Sequence record: SRR20825019_2721
Length of the DNA stretch: 54,005 nucleotides
Strand: one strand, 5' to 3'
Shown here: piece by piece, positions 37,916 through 47,241 of the stretch
Position numbering within the stretch: the stretch's first letter is position 1
How the letters are laid out: every line of letters begins with the position of its first letter
Notes under the pieces: model-generated
What the model saw: the letters and a program-made list of their open reading frames with translations, nothing else
What the model was told of the DNA's origin: nothing
The model's database searches: none
Translations under genes and position numbers: made by a program

Positions 37916-39175
37916 ATGACCCAATCCTGTGGCCTGGATTTCGGCACATCCAATTCGACGCTGGGGCAGATCGATGCCCATGGCCAGCCCGCTCTTGTGC
38001 CGCTGGAGGCAGACGAGCGGACACTGCCCAGCGTGCTGTTCTTCAGCTTTGAGGATGACCAGCTCTATTACGGACGCGCCGCAGTCGCTGAATATGTCAG
38101 CGGTGCTGATGGCCGGTTGATGCGCTCGCTCAAAAGCGTTCTGGGCACGGCGCTTTTCGCCGATACGACCCGGGTCAAGAAACGACGCCTCGGCTTTGGC
38201 GAGATCATTGGGACCTATGTCGGGGAACTCAAGCGGCGCGCCGAGGCCGCGCTGCGGAAGGAACTGACCAGCGTCGTGATGGGACGCCCGGTGCATTTCG
38301 TGGATGATGACCCGGTGGCCGACCGGGCGGCGCAGGGCCAGCTCGAGGCCGCGGTGCGGGCGCAGGGTTTTGACGAGATTGCATTCCAGTTCGAACCCAT
38401 CGCAGCGGCGCTCGACTATGAGCGGCAGGTCACCGGCGAACGCATTGCCCTGATCGTCGATCTGGGCGGCGGCACATCGGACTTCTCGCTGGTGCGCGTG
38501 TCGCCGGAGCGTGCCGGCCGGGCGGACCGGAGTGACGATATTCTGGCAACGGCCGGCGTGCATATCGGCGGCACGGATTTCGACCGGCTTCTGGCCATGA
38601 GCCGGGTGATGCCCGAACTTGGCCTTGGCTCGCGGACCCTGGATGGCAAGCGGCATTTGCCGGTGGCGCCCTATGTCGATCTCTCCACCTGGCACCGGAT
38701 CAACCGGCTCTACGACGCCAAGGCGCAGCGCGATCTGCGCTCGACCATCCGCGAAGCCCAGGAGGCGGAAAAGGTCAGGACCTTCGTCATGCTGGTGGAG
38801 GAACGGTTGGGCCACCGCCTGATCGGCGCCGTGGAAGACGCCAAGATTGCACTCTCCGATCAAGAGGCAGTGCCCTTTTCCTTCAAAGTGCGGGATCGTC
38901 AAATCGAAACCGAGATGACGAGTGTGCAGCTTGCCACAGCGCTGGCACCATCCGTCGAACGGCTCGAGGGGACGATCGGGGAGACCCTGCGCGCGGCGGG
39001 AATTGCTGCGGCACAGGTCGATAGCCTCATCCTGACGGGCGGATCGACACTGGTCCCGGCGGTCGCCGGGCGGCTGAGTGCGCTGTTTCCCGAGGCCGAT
39101 ATCGTCCGCACCGATGTGCTGGGCAGCGTCGGGCTGGGCCTGGCCCTCGAGGCGCGGCGCATTTTCGGACCCTGA
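37916..39175 (+). CDS. yegD: Hsp70-like protein (YegD family)
   Basis: GLDFGTSNS, GRPVHF, EPIAAA, DLGGGTSD, GGTDFD, LTGGS. Confidence 0.88.
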   Translation: MTQSCGLDFGTSNSTLGQIDAHGQPALVPLEADERTLPSVLFFSFEDDQLYYGRAAVAEYVSGADGRLMRSLKSVLGTALFADTTRVKKRRLGFGEIIGTYVGELKRRAEAALRKELTSVVMGRPVHFVDDDPVADRAAQGQLEAAVRAQGFDEIAFQFEPIAAALDYERQVTGERIALIVDLGGGTSDFSLVRVSPERAGRADRSDDILATAGVHIGGTDFDRLLAMSRVMPELGLGSRTLDGKRHLPVAPYVDLSTWHRINRLYDAKAQRDLRSTIREAQEAEKVRTFVMLVEERLGHRLIGAVEDAKIALSDQEAVPFSFKVRDRQIETEMTSVQLATALAPSVERLEGTIGETLRAAGIAAAQVDSLILTGGSTLVPAVAGRLSALFPEADIVRTDVLGSVGLGLALEARRIFGP

Positions 39176-39244
39176 TTTTGGCGGCGAGCAGGGTGGGCGC
39201 AACCAAAGTGAGCGCGTAAGACTTACCTGACGAGGGGGTAGTCC

Positions 39245-40465
39245 ATGAGTCAGATTGCATTCAAGTTCCGGCAGATCGTCCAGCGCATGTGGTTTCTGCC
39301 GGCCGCATTCTCCCTTGTTGCCGTGCTGACGCTGCTTATCGCCTTTGGCATGGCGCGACTGATACCGGACAGTCTGCCGTTTACCCTCTCTTCCGAGGCC
39401 GTCGAATCGATCCTGACGGTGCTGGCGTCCAGCCTGCTGACGGTTGCCGTATTTGCGCTTTCCACCATCGTCAGTGCGCTCTCCAGCGCATCGCAGCAGA
39501 CAACGCCCCGGGCAGTGCCGCTGATCGTGGGGGACAGGAGCGCGCAGACCTCGATTTCGGTGTTCATCGGCGCTTTCCTGTTCTCGATCGTCGGCATCAT
39601 CGGACTGTCGGCCGGGATCTATAGTGAGGCTGGGCGGCTGCTGCTGTTCGTTGTGACGCTTGGGGTTGTCGTGCTGGTGGTGGCGGCGCTGATCCGCTGG
39701 ATCGGTCAGATTTCGGCCATTGGCCGCGTGGCCGCAACCTTGAACCGGGCCGGAGAAGCCGCCGAGAGCGCCTTTCGGACGGTGCCGGGAAAGGGGTTGC
39801 TGGGCTGCCGGGAACTATCGGGGGAGCCCTCGGGTGATCCGATTTTTTCGCGCAAGACCGGTTATGTGCAGCACATCGATATCGGACGCCTGCAGGATTG
39901 TGCGGATGAGTATGACCTGCTGATCACCATTACCTCGCGGCCTGGAGCGTATGCGGCACCCGATCGGCCCCTGGTGCTGGTGGCCGGTGCGGTGGATGAA
40001 GCGCTGGCCGAGAGGCTGGCGGGCGCCTTTACGATTGGGGCGGCTCGGACGTTCGACAGTGACCCGCGATTCGGTTTGATCGTGTTGGCCGAAATGGCCG
40101 CAAAGGCGTTGTCGCCCGGTATCAACGATCCGGGTACGGCGATTGCCGTGGTGGGCACGATCGTGCGCGTGCTGACTGAGCGTCCAGAAGAGGACAGCGA
40201 GCTCAAATATGAGCGCGTGCTGGTGGCCGGACTCGATCCGGACGATCTGATGGCGGACGCATTCCGGCCCATCGCCCGTGATGGAGCCGGGAGCATCGAA
40301 GTGATGCTGCGCCTGATTGCCGGGCTGAAAACCCTGGCCAGCTGCCGCCCTGAGTTGGAGGGCGCCGCCAAGGGTATGATCACCGACGCGGTAGAACGCG
40401 GCCTGACGGCAATGAGCGCAAAGAGCGACAAGGCGGCGCTCAAGGCGGCGGGGAAGCTGGAGTAG
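39245..40465 (+). CDS. DUF2254 membrane protein
   Basis: ASQQTTPR, GYVQHID, RTFDSDPRFG, KALSPGINDPGTA. Confidence 0.88.
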   Translation: MSQIAFKFRQIVQRMWFLPAAFSLVAVLTLLIAFGMARLIPDSLPFTLSSEAVESILTVLASSLLTVAVFALSTIVSALSSASQQTTPRAVPLIVGDRSAQTSISVFIGAFLFSIVGIIGLSAGIYSEAGRLLLFVVTLGVVVLVVAALIRWIGQISAIGRVAATLNRAGEAAESAFRTVPGKGLLGCRELSGEPSGDPIFSRKTGYVQHIDIGRLQDCADEYDLLITITSRPGAYAAPDRPLVLVAGAVDEALAERLAGAFTIGAARTFDSDPRFGLIVLAEMAAKALSPGINDPGTAIAVVGTIVRVLTERPEEDSELKYERVLVAGLDPDDLMADAFRPIARDGAGSIEVMLRLIAGLKTLASCRPELEGAAKGMITDAVERGLTAMSAKSDKAALKAAGKLE

Positions 40466-40706
40466 GCAGACGCCCTCCCTGCGCCGATGTTTCTTCGTGC
40501 GTCACAAGTCTATTTCCGCACCATCTGCAGCTGCCATTCGAGCGCAGCTCTCAAGGTCTTTTCACCTAAAATTCTTCCACCGGAAGAGTTTTGCGGCTGC
40601 GTCGCCGGTTCGAAGTTATCCCCGCGTGACGCCGGTCTGTTAGTGTTCAGGCATGGTCGGAAAATTGGGTCAAACGGACCCCACGGCCTGAACGGAAAAT
40701 CCTGAC

Positions 40707-41150
40707 ATGGACGAGAATAACCCTGAGCGGGACCGCGATGGCCTGGCGGTGCCGTGGGAAGACGTGCGGCGCGACTACGAGTTGGGCCGTTTGACCCGCA
40801 ACGGTATCGCCCATCGCTACCGCCTGCGGCGTGGCCAACTGGATACGCGGGCCCGGGCAAACAAGTGGGTGCGTCCCGGCAGCAAGCATGCACTCGACCG
40901 CCAATTGCTGATCGCCCGGCTGCTGGGTTTGGTGGAACGGCAGATGGATCTTGTGGAGGCAGAAATGGACAAGGGCACACGGATGGACAGCAAGGTGCTC
41001 AATGACCTGGTCCGTGATCTCGACAAGCTCATCACGATGGAGCGGGCGGAAGGACACACCGAAGGGACCACAACCGATCCCGGCGAGGCCTCCGAACTGC
41101 GCCGCAAACTCGAGGCGCGCATCAACGCCATTACCAAGGGGCTGATCTGA
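40707..41150 (+). CDS. Putative GTA small terminase (HTH)
   Basis: PWEDVRRDYELG...IAHRY...RARANKWVR HTH-like N-terminus, C-terminal ELRRKLEARI; immediately upstream of terL. Confidence 0.6.
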   Translation: MDENNPERDRDGLAVPWEDVRRDYELGRLTRNGIAHRYRLRRGQLDTRARANKWVRPGSKHALDRQLLIARLLGLVERQMDLVEAEMDKGTRMDSKVLNDLVRDLDKLITMERAEGHTEGTTTDPGEASELRRKLEARINAITKGLI

Positions 41151-41154
41151 CCCC

Positions 41155-43488
41155 ATGTCGACATTGCGAGCGAGCCTGCTGCGCGAAGAGGCATTGCTGC
41201 CGGACGACGAAGTCAGCCGAATAATGTTCAACTGGGAGATCTGGGCCTTTCCGCACCAATTGCCTCCCGATGGGGACTGGACCACCTGGCTGCTGCTGGG
41301 CGGTCGGGGCGCGGGCAAGACCCGTGCGGGAGCGGAATGGGTGCGATCGCTAGCAGAACGGGGGGTTGGGCCCATCGCCCTGGTGGGTGAGACGATGACA
41401 GAGGCGGAGGCAATCATGGTGCGGGGCGATAGCGGCGTACTGCGTGTGTGCCCACCCAATCATTGTCCGAAGCTGAGAGAGAATGTGCTGATCTGGCCCA
41501 ATGGCGTGGAAGCCCATCTCCTGCCTGCATCCGACCCGGAGCGTTTTCGCGGCCCCCAATTTGCTGCCGCCTGGTGCGACGAAATCGGATGCGGCGCTGT
41601 CGAAAAGGGCGCCAACCAGCCCAATATTTTCGGTGACAGCAAGAGCGCCGAGGATGGCCGGCCCTATTTCTCCGCAGGCACGCCGGACGCGCTGATCCAG
41701 CGGCAGGTGCTGCGGGCGCATCACCAGCGTTGGAACGATCCTGCGCTCAATCCAGCCGGCATGGTTGATCCTGGACGGCTCTATTGCTGGACCTGGGACG
41801 CACGGCCTTTTCCAGTATTTCCTGCGCTGACGGAGGTGTGGTCCGATGGCACCAATCATGCGACCGGTCACTGGCTGACCGGGCGATTGGGTGGTCTGGC
41901 CAGCGATGAACTGGCCAATGCCGTGGCTTCGGAGCATGACGGTATCGTTTTCGCGGCACCATCGGCACCCTTGATCGGCGGGCTGACAGTCTCCGGTGCC
42001 GGAACGGCCCGCGATGTCCTGGAGACCGTTTTTGACCTGACGGGGCAAAAGCTTGCTGCGCGCGGTGATGAACTGGTTGGCATCGCACAGGGCGCGGGAC
42101 CGGCGCTTGAGCTGGAGTACGACGCCCTGGCCAGCACAGACGCACCGGTGCTGTCGCGGCGGCGCGGTGATGGTGCCGAAAAGCCGGCGCAGCTGACGCT
42201 CGGGCATTTCGACCGCGAGCGGGATTATCTGGCTGCGACATCGGCGGCGATCAGGCCGGATCAGGGGCCGCTGGTCACCCAGAATTTGCCAGTCGTGCTC
42301 GATAGCGGCGCTGCCCGGCAAGCCGCTGAACGACTGCTCGATCAACAGGCTGCGGGCGGGTACAGGATCGAGTTCGCTCTGCCCCCGGGCCAGATTGGGT
42401 TTGAACCGGGCGACCGGGTATCCCTGGCTGATCTCGCAGAGGGACCGTTCGAGATCACCGAAATTCGCGATGGTGCCGTCCGTCAAATCTCGGCCAGCGC
42501 AGTGCGACGCGGTGATGCTCTGGCCACAGGCATAGATCGACCGCGGGGCAACCCTCCGGCCATTATGCCGGTGGTTACGCCAGTGGTGGTCGTGGCGCAT
42601 CTGCCACCATTGCCGTCAGATCCACTGCGCAGCCGGCTGGTCATGGGCGCCTTTGCAGATCCCTGGTCGGGCTCCTTGGATTTTGCCGATGATGCAACGG
42701 GCACCCAACTGGCGAGGCTGAATCGTCCGGCAGCGATCGGCGAGCTGCTTGCGCCCTTGACCTCCGGACCTGAGGCGCAATGGGATCGGGGGAATAGCCT
42801 CGAAATCGGGTTGAGCTCGGGGCACCTCGCCGATGCGGAGCGACTGGCTGCGCTGGCGGGTGCAAACCGGGTCGCAGTCGAGACAGATGCGGGCGATTGG
42901 GAGGTCATCGGGTTCGCGGCCGCTGACCTTGTGGCGCCGGTACAGTATCGGCTGACGGCATTGTTGCGGGGGTTGGAAGGCTCTGGGCACGCCATTGCCA
43001 CTGCGTCGGCTGGTCGGCGGGTCTTGGTCCTCAACCAGTCCTTGGAAACCTTGGCGGTGGAAACGGACTGGATTGGCGAAAGCCGCGACCTGCGCGCAAC
43101 CGTTGCGGGTGGGGGCGCCGGAGAGATCGTGACAGTGGCCCCCAGGGCTGGACCGGTGTTGCCTCTTCCCCCCGTCCATCTCAAAGGGTCGAGGGCGGCG
43201 GATGGATCGATCACGCTGGAATGGACCCGCCGCAGCCGCGCTGACGGCGATGGCTGGGGCGTGGCCGAACCACCGCTCGAGTTTGCGCCGGAAAGCTGGC
43301 AGGTCGCTATCGTGAACGGCGGCGTGACGGTCAGGACGCTGAGCGCCTCACACTCTGCTGCCTCCTATCTCTTGGCCGACCAGATCGCAGACTTTGGCGC
43401 CGCTGCGGCCGATTTCGCTTTCACTGTTCGGCAAGTCAGCGCGGCGCTCGGTGCGGGCCATGGCGCGATGGGAGAGTTCCATGGCTAA
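41155..43488 (+). CDS. In-frame chimera of large terminase ATPase N-terminus (about aa 1-143) and GTA megatron (g15-type tail/baseplate) C-terminal region
   Basis: TerL motifs HQLPP, GGRGAGKTRAGAEW, WPNG, RGPQFAAAWCDE, then megatron motifs EIGCGAVEKGANQPN, WTWDARPFP, GHWLTGR, LLRGLEG, WTRRSR. Confidence 0.85.
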   Translation: MSTLRASLLREEALLPDDEVSRIMFNWEIWAFPHQLPPDGDWTTWLLLGGRGAGKTRAGAEWVRSLAERGVGPIALVGETMTEAEAIMVRGDSGVLRVCPPNHCPKLRENVLIWPNGVEAHLLPASDPERFRGPQFAAAWCDEIGCGAVEKGANQPNIFGDSKSAEDGRPYFSAGTPDALIQRQVLRAHHQRWNDPALNPAGMVDPGRLYCWTWDARPFPVFPALTEVWSDGTNHATGHWLTGRLGGLASDELANAVASEHDGIVFAAPSAPLIGGLTVSGAGTARDVLETVFDLTGQKLAARGDELVGIAQGAGPALELEYDALASTDAPVLSRRRGDGAEKPAQLTLGHFDRERDYLAATSAAIRPDQGPLVTQNLPVVLDSGAARQAAERLLDQQAAGGYRIEFALPPGQIGFEPGDRVSLADLAEGPFEITEIRDGAVRQISASAVRRGDALATGIDRPRGNPPAIMPVVTPVVVVAHLPPLPSDPLRSRLVMGAFADPWSGSLDFADDATGTQLARLNRPAAIGELLAPLTSGPEAQWDRGNSLEIGLSSGHLADAERLAALAGANRVAVETDAGDWEVIGFAAADLVAPVQYRLTALLRGLEGSGHAIATASAGRRVLVLNQSLETLAVETDWIGESRDLRATVAGGGAGEIVTVAPRAGPVLPLPPVHLKGSRAADGSITLEWTRRSRADGDGWGVAEPPLEFAPESWQVAIVNGGVTVRTLSASHSAASYLLADQIADFGAAAADFAFTVRQVSAALGAGHGAMGEFHG

Positions 43489-44221
43489 CGCGCGCTTCGA
43501 CGCCTGCCTGACCGAAATATTTCGCCATGAGGGCGGATACGTGGATCACCCCATCGATCCGGGTGGTGCCACAAATATGGGTATCACCCGCAAGACCCTG
43601 GCGCGCTGGGGCAACATTTCGCCCTGGTGGGATTTACCGAAAACGGAGGTGCAGAGCCTCGACAGAGACGAGGCCGCCCGGATCTATCGAGCAGGCTATT
43701 GGGATGCGTGCCGGGCAGGGGAACTGCCAACGGGTGTGGATCTGGCTGTGTTCGATTTTTCGGTCAATTCCGGGCCGGGCAAAGCGATCCGTTGCCTGCA
43801 GCAGGTACTCGGCGTTGCCGCTGACGGACTTGTTGGTCCGATCACGCTGGCCGCCGCCAATCGATCCAGCGCCGCGAGAACTGTGGATGCGCTGTGCGAT
43901 CGGAGGCTCGGTTTTCTCAAGGGCCTTTCCACTTTCCCGGTGTTCGGGCGCGGCTGGATCCGGCGTGTCGAGACCGTTCGTGCCGCTGCGCTCGCCGCGG
44001 CTCCAACCAAAGATTCACTTCAAGGAGATGAGACCATGGATATCCTTTCCGGCTACAAGACCTATATCGTTGCGGCATTCATGCTGCTTGCCGGCCTGGC
44101 GCAGATGCTTGGCATCGACCTGCCGGCGCTCGACAGCGGCTCGGCAGGGAGCCTGGTGCTGGAATCGCTGGCCATATTGTTCCTGCGCAAGGGATTGAAG
44201 GGGGATATCGGGAAAGCCTGA
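43481..44221 (+). CDS. GH108 lysozyme with PG-binding domain and holin-like C-terminal extension
   Basis: HEGGYVDHPIDPGGATNMGIT, FDFSVNSG, DGLVGPITL, FGRGWIRRV, then hydrophobic tail MDILSGYKTYIVAA... Confidence 0.88.
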   Translation: MANARFDACLTEIFRHEGGYVDHPIDPGGATNMGITRKTLARWGNISPWWDLPKTEVQSLDRDEAARIYRAGYWDACRAGELPTGVDLAVFDFSVNSGPGKAIRCLQQVLGVAADGLVGPITLAAANRSSAARTVDALCDRRLGFLKGLSTFPVFGRGWIRRVETVRAAALAAAPTKDSLQGDETMDILSGYKTYIVAAFMLLAGLAQMLGIDLPALDSGSAGSLVLESLAILFLRKGLKGDIGKA

Positions 44222-44257
44222 GGTCAATTCTGTGGAAATCGGGGGCTGTCTGCCGCA

Positions 44258-44290
44258 TTCATGTCCCATTCAGTTTGCAGGCGCTATTGA
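44258..44290 (+). promoter_or_regulatory. TTCA-N7-TTCA direct repeat and -10-like element before feuN
   Basis: TTCA TGTCCCA TTCA, 12 nt, then TATTGA, 7 nt before the ATG. Confidence 0.5.
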
Positions 44291-44297
44291 TCGGAAC

Positions 44298-44597
44298 ATG
44301 AAAACGAACGCCCCAAAACCTTCCGCCTCCATTGCCCTGGCTCTAGCCCTGGCGCTTGCGCTCGCCGGCACCGGTCCGAGCCAGGCTCAGGCCTGTCTCG
44401 ACAAGCGCCAGATCCAGGAGGCGGTGTCCTCCGGGCAGATCATGTCGCTCGATGCCGTGCTGGCGCAGGCCGGCGTCGATCCAAGTTCGGAAATCCTCAA
44501 TGTGGATGTGTGTGACGAGGGCGGAAGGCTGGTATATGTTATTGGTGTGCTCAGCTCGGACGGTCAGGCGCAAAACCTGTCGCTGGACGCACAATAG
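44298..44597 (+). CDS. feuN: Periplasmic PepSY-like modulator (FeuN-like)
   Basis: Signal peptide, ACL..QIQEAVSSGQIMSL, VCDEGGRLVYVI; first gene of the two-component operon. Confidence 0.65.
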   Translation: MKTNAPKPSASIALALALALALAGTGPSQAQACLDKRQIQEAVSSGQIMSLDAVLAQAGVDPSSEILNVDVCDEGGRLVYVIGVLSSDGQAQNLSLDAQ

Positions 44598-44623
44598 CAG
44601 CCTAGCCTTGTGGGGGGCGGATC

Positions 44624-45283
44624 ATGCGTATTCTGGTTGTTGAAGACGACACCAATCTCAATCGACAGATCAAGGACGCCTTGACCGAGGCAGGTTATGC
44701 GGTGGATGTCGCCTTCGACGGCGAGGAAGGGCACTTTCTGGGCGAGACCGAACCCTATGACACGATCATCCTCGATATCGGCCTGCCGCAAATGGATGGT
44801 CTCTCGGTACTAGAGGAATGGCGGCGGGCGGGCAAGACCACGCCGGTGCTGCTGCTGACCGCACGCGATCGCTGGAGCGACAAGGTTCAGGGCATTGATG
44901 CCGGGGCGGACGATTATGTCGCCAAGCCATTCCACATGGAAGAGGTGCTGGCGCGCGTGCGTGCCCTGGTGCGGCGCGCTGCCGGACATGCCAGCAACGA
45001 GATCGTCTGCGGCGCCGTGCGCCTCGATGCCCGCAGCGGCAAGGTGACCGTCGAAGGCCAGTCCGTAAAGCTGACGAGCCACGAATTGCGGCTCCTGAGC
45101 TATCTCATGCACCACAAGGGTAAGGTGATATCGCGGACCGAGTTGACCGAGCACCTGTACGATCAGGATTTCGACCGCGACAGCAACACGATCGAGGTGT
45201 TTGTCGGGCGTCTGCGCAAGAAACTGCCGGATGACTGTATTCAGACTGTCCGCGGACTGGGTTATCAGATCCTTGGCGACTGA
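44624..45283 (+). CDS. feuP: OmpR-family response regulator
   Basis: MRILVVEDD, FDGEEGHFLGETEPYD, LTARDRWSDKV, DFDRDSNTIEVFVGRLRKK. Confidence 0.85.
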   Translation: MRILVVEDDTNLNRQIKDALTEAGYAVDVAFDGEEGHFLGETEPYDTIILDIGLPQMDGLSVLEEWRRAGKTTPVLLLTARDRWSDKVQGIDAGADDYVAKPFHMEEVLARVRALVRRAAGHASNEIVCGAVRLDARSGKVTVEGQSVKLTSHELRLLSYLMHHKGKVISRTELTEHLYDQDFDRDSNTIEVFVGRLRKKLPDDCIQTVRGLGYQILGD

Positions 45284-45326
45284 TCCGGCCCGGGGATGGG
45301 CGCAACCGGCAGGATGAAACGCTGAG

Positions 45327-46706
45327 ATGTTGCGCAAGGGCTCCATAGCGGCAGCATTGTTCTGGTTGTCGGCAGGCTGGCTGGTGCTGGCGCTGGTGAC
45401 AACGGGCGTCCTTCTGACCGATCTCTATTCGCGCACCCTCGACACCACCCTGACCGATACGCTCGACTTCCACGTCGAGAGCCTCGCCGGTGCCTTGCTC
45501 GAGGCGGGTGACCCCCAGGACAATGGCATCGCTCTGGCCGACCCGCGCTTCGAGCGGCCGCGTTCTGGCTGGTACTGGATCATTCGCGGCGAAGAGGGGG
45601 GGCTGATAAACCTGTCGACATCCGTGGTCGGCATCGATCTGCCCGGCGTAGGCGCGGCGGCCGACGCCATGGGGCGCAGCACCGAGGTAATCAACGACCC
45701 GTTCGGCACGCAATTGCGCATGGTTGAGCGCAGCGTGACCCTGGATGACACGACCTATCGGATCACCGTCGCGGGTAATTTGACCGAGATGCTGGAACTG
45801 GTCGCAGATTTCCGCGGTCAGACATTCATCGTGCTGGGTGCCGTCGGCATCATGCTGGCAGTGATGAGCGCGATTGTTGCCCGCATCGCCTTGCGGCCGA
45901 TAGCGCGGCTGAGCAAAGCGGTCGAGGCCGTGCGAGAGGGCGAAAGCGCCGAAGTTTCCGGGAGCTACCCGACCGAAATTGCGCCGCTGGCAGAAGAGGT
46001 CAATGAGTTGCTGCGCTCTAACGTGCAGATCATTGAACGCGCGCGCAACCAGGTTGGCAATCTCGCCCACGGCCTCAAGACGCCCATCGCGGTGCTGCGC
46101 AATGAAGGCCATGCGCGCAAGGGCGCCCTGGCTGATATTGTCGCCTCCGAGACCGAGAAGATGAGCAATATGGTTTCGACCTATCTCGAACGGGCGCGGC
46201 TGGCGGCCCGGACGTCGGTGGTGGGCAAGAAGGCTGATGCCACCATGATCATGCTGCGGCTGACGCGGGTGATGCGCAAGATCCACCCCGATGTAACAAT
46301 CGCCTTTCAGCGACCCGATGCCTCACTACCCTGGTTCAGGGGGGATGAGGCCGATTTCGAGGAGATGGCGGGCAATCTGCTCGACAATGCCTGCAAATGG
46401 TCCAAGGGGCAGGTTGGCGTGCGGCTGGGCAGTGTGCGCGGCGAAAAGGGCACGCAGCTTCTTATGCGGATCGACGACAATGGTCCGGGGCTGTCCGAGG
46501 CCGATGCACAAAAAGTGTTGCGCCGCGGCGTCAGGCTGGACGAGAAAACGCCCGGAACCGGCCTGGGACTGGATATCGTCAAGGAACTGGTCGATGTCTA
46601 TGGCGGCGAACTTGAACTCAAGCGCTCACAATTGGGCGGATTGCTGGTAGAGCTGCGGCTGCCGACAGCGCGCCTGGGCGGTTTGGTCAGGCCGCCCGGG
46701 AACTGA
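45327..46706 (+). CDS. feuQ: Sensor histidine kinase
   Basis: Two TM segments, SGWYW, HAMP, GNLAHGLKTP, NLLDNACKW, DDNGPG, GTGLGL; upstream of the ccm (cyc) genes as in rhizobia. Confidence 0.85.
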   Translation: MLRKGSIAAALFWLSAGWLVLALVTTGVLLTDLYSRTLDTTLTDTLDFHVESLAGALLEAGDPQDNGIALADPRFERPRSGWYWIIRGEEGGLINLSTSVVGIDLPGVGAAADAMGRSTEVINDPFGTQLRMVERSVTLDDTTYRITVAGNLTEMLELVADFRGQTFIVLGAVGIMLAVMSAIVARIALRPIARLSKAVEAVREGESAEVSGSYPTEIAPLAEEVNELLRSNVQIIERARNQVGNLAHGLKTPIAVLRNEGHARKGALADIVASETEKMSNMVSTYLERARLAARTSVVGKKADATMIMLRLTRVMRKIHPDVTIAFQRPDASLPWFRGDEADFEEMAGNLLDNACKWSKGQVGVRLGSVRGEKGTQLLMRIDDNGPGLSEADAQKVLRRGVRLDEKTPGTGLGLDIVKELVDVYGGELELKRSQLGGLLVELRLPTARLGGLVRPPGN

Positions 46707-46767
46707 CGCACTTTCGCCGCATTGCGACAACAAGAACCAACTGACTGCACCAGAGGCCAATCATCCC

Positions 46768-47241
46768 ATGAATCGCATTTCGCTCTTCGCCCTTCCGATC
46801 CTTGCCCTGGCGCTGGCCGCTTGTTCGAGCACCGGCACGACGCGCGTTGCCCAGGTGCCGGTCACGCCCCAGCCCGTGGCGACACAGCCCTTGGTGCCGA
46901 CTTCGGCCCAGACCGTTCAGACCGCCAAGCTGACCACCAGCATCGCCAACGGCTTTGTTGATCCGGCCGCTTTGGCGCTGATGACGGCAAAGGACTCCAA
47001 CGAGGCCAATAGCGCGCAGTTCTATGCCCTTCAATTCGGCCGTCCCGGTGCACCGCGCCAGTGGGCTGGCGATCAGGGGACAACTGGCTCTGTGGCCGTC
47101 GGACCCTATGTTCGTGTGAACAATCTCGATTGCCGCGATTTTACCCACACCGTCAAACTTGGCGGCACGGACTACGTCAAGAAGGGCACCGCCTGCCGCG
47201 AGCAGAACGGCAATTGGAACGTGGTGCAGGGCGCAGCCTGA
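46768..47241 (+). CDS. 17-kDa-antigen-like outer membrane lipoprotein
   Basis: Lipobox LAAC; CRDFTHTV...GTACREQNGNW. Confidence 0.82.
   Translation: MNRISLFALPILALALAACSSTGTTRVAQVPVTPQPVATQPLVPTSAQTVQTAKLTTSIANGFVDPAALALMTAKDSNEANSAQFYALQFGRPGAPRQWAGDQGTTGSVAVGPYVRVNNLDCRDFTHTVKLGGTDYVKKGTACREQNGNWNVVQGAA

Larger units (their letters stand above)
40707..44221 (+). mobile_element. Collapsed RcGTA-like gene transfer agent remnant
   Basis: Small-terminase-like gene, terL::megatron fusion and GH108 lysin; no portal, protease, capsid, tail tube or tape measure genes. Confidence 0.8.

Noticed and set aside
40549-40561. IHF-like site TCTCAAGGTCTTT upstream of the GTA remnant
   Set aside because: Only the TCAA-N4-TT core matches; too weak to call.
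40707-44221. Intact prophage
   Set aside because: No integrase, att repeats, replication, portal or capsid genes seen; motifs and position fit a GTA remnant.
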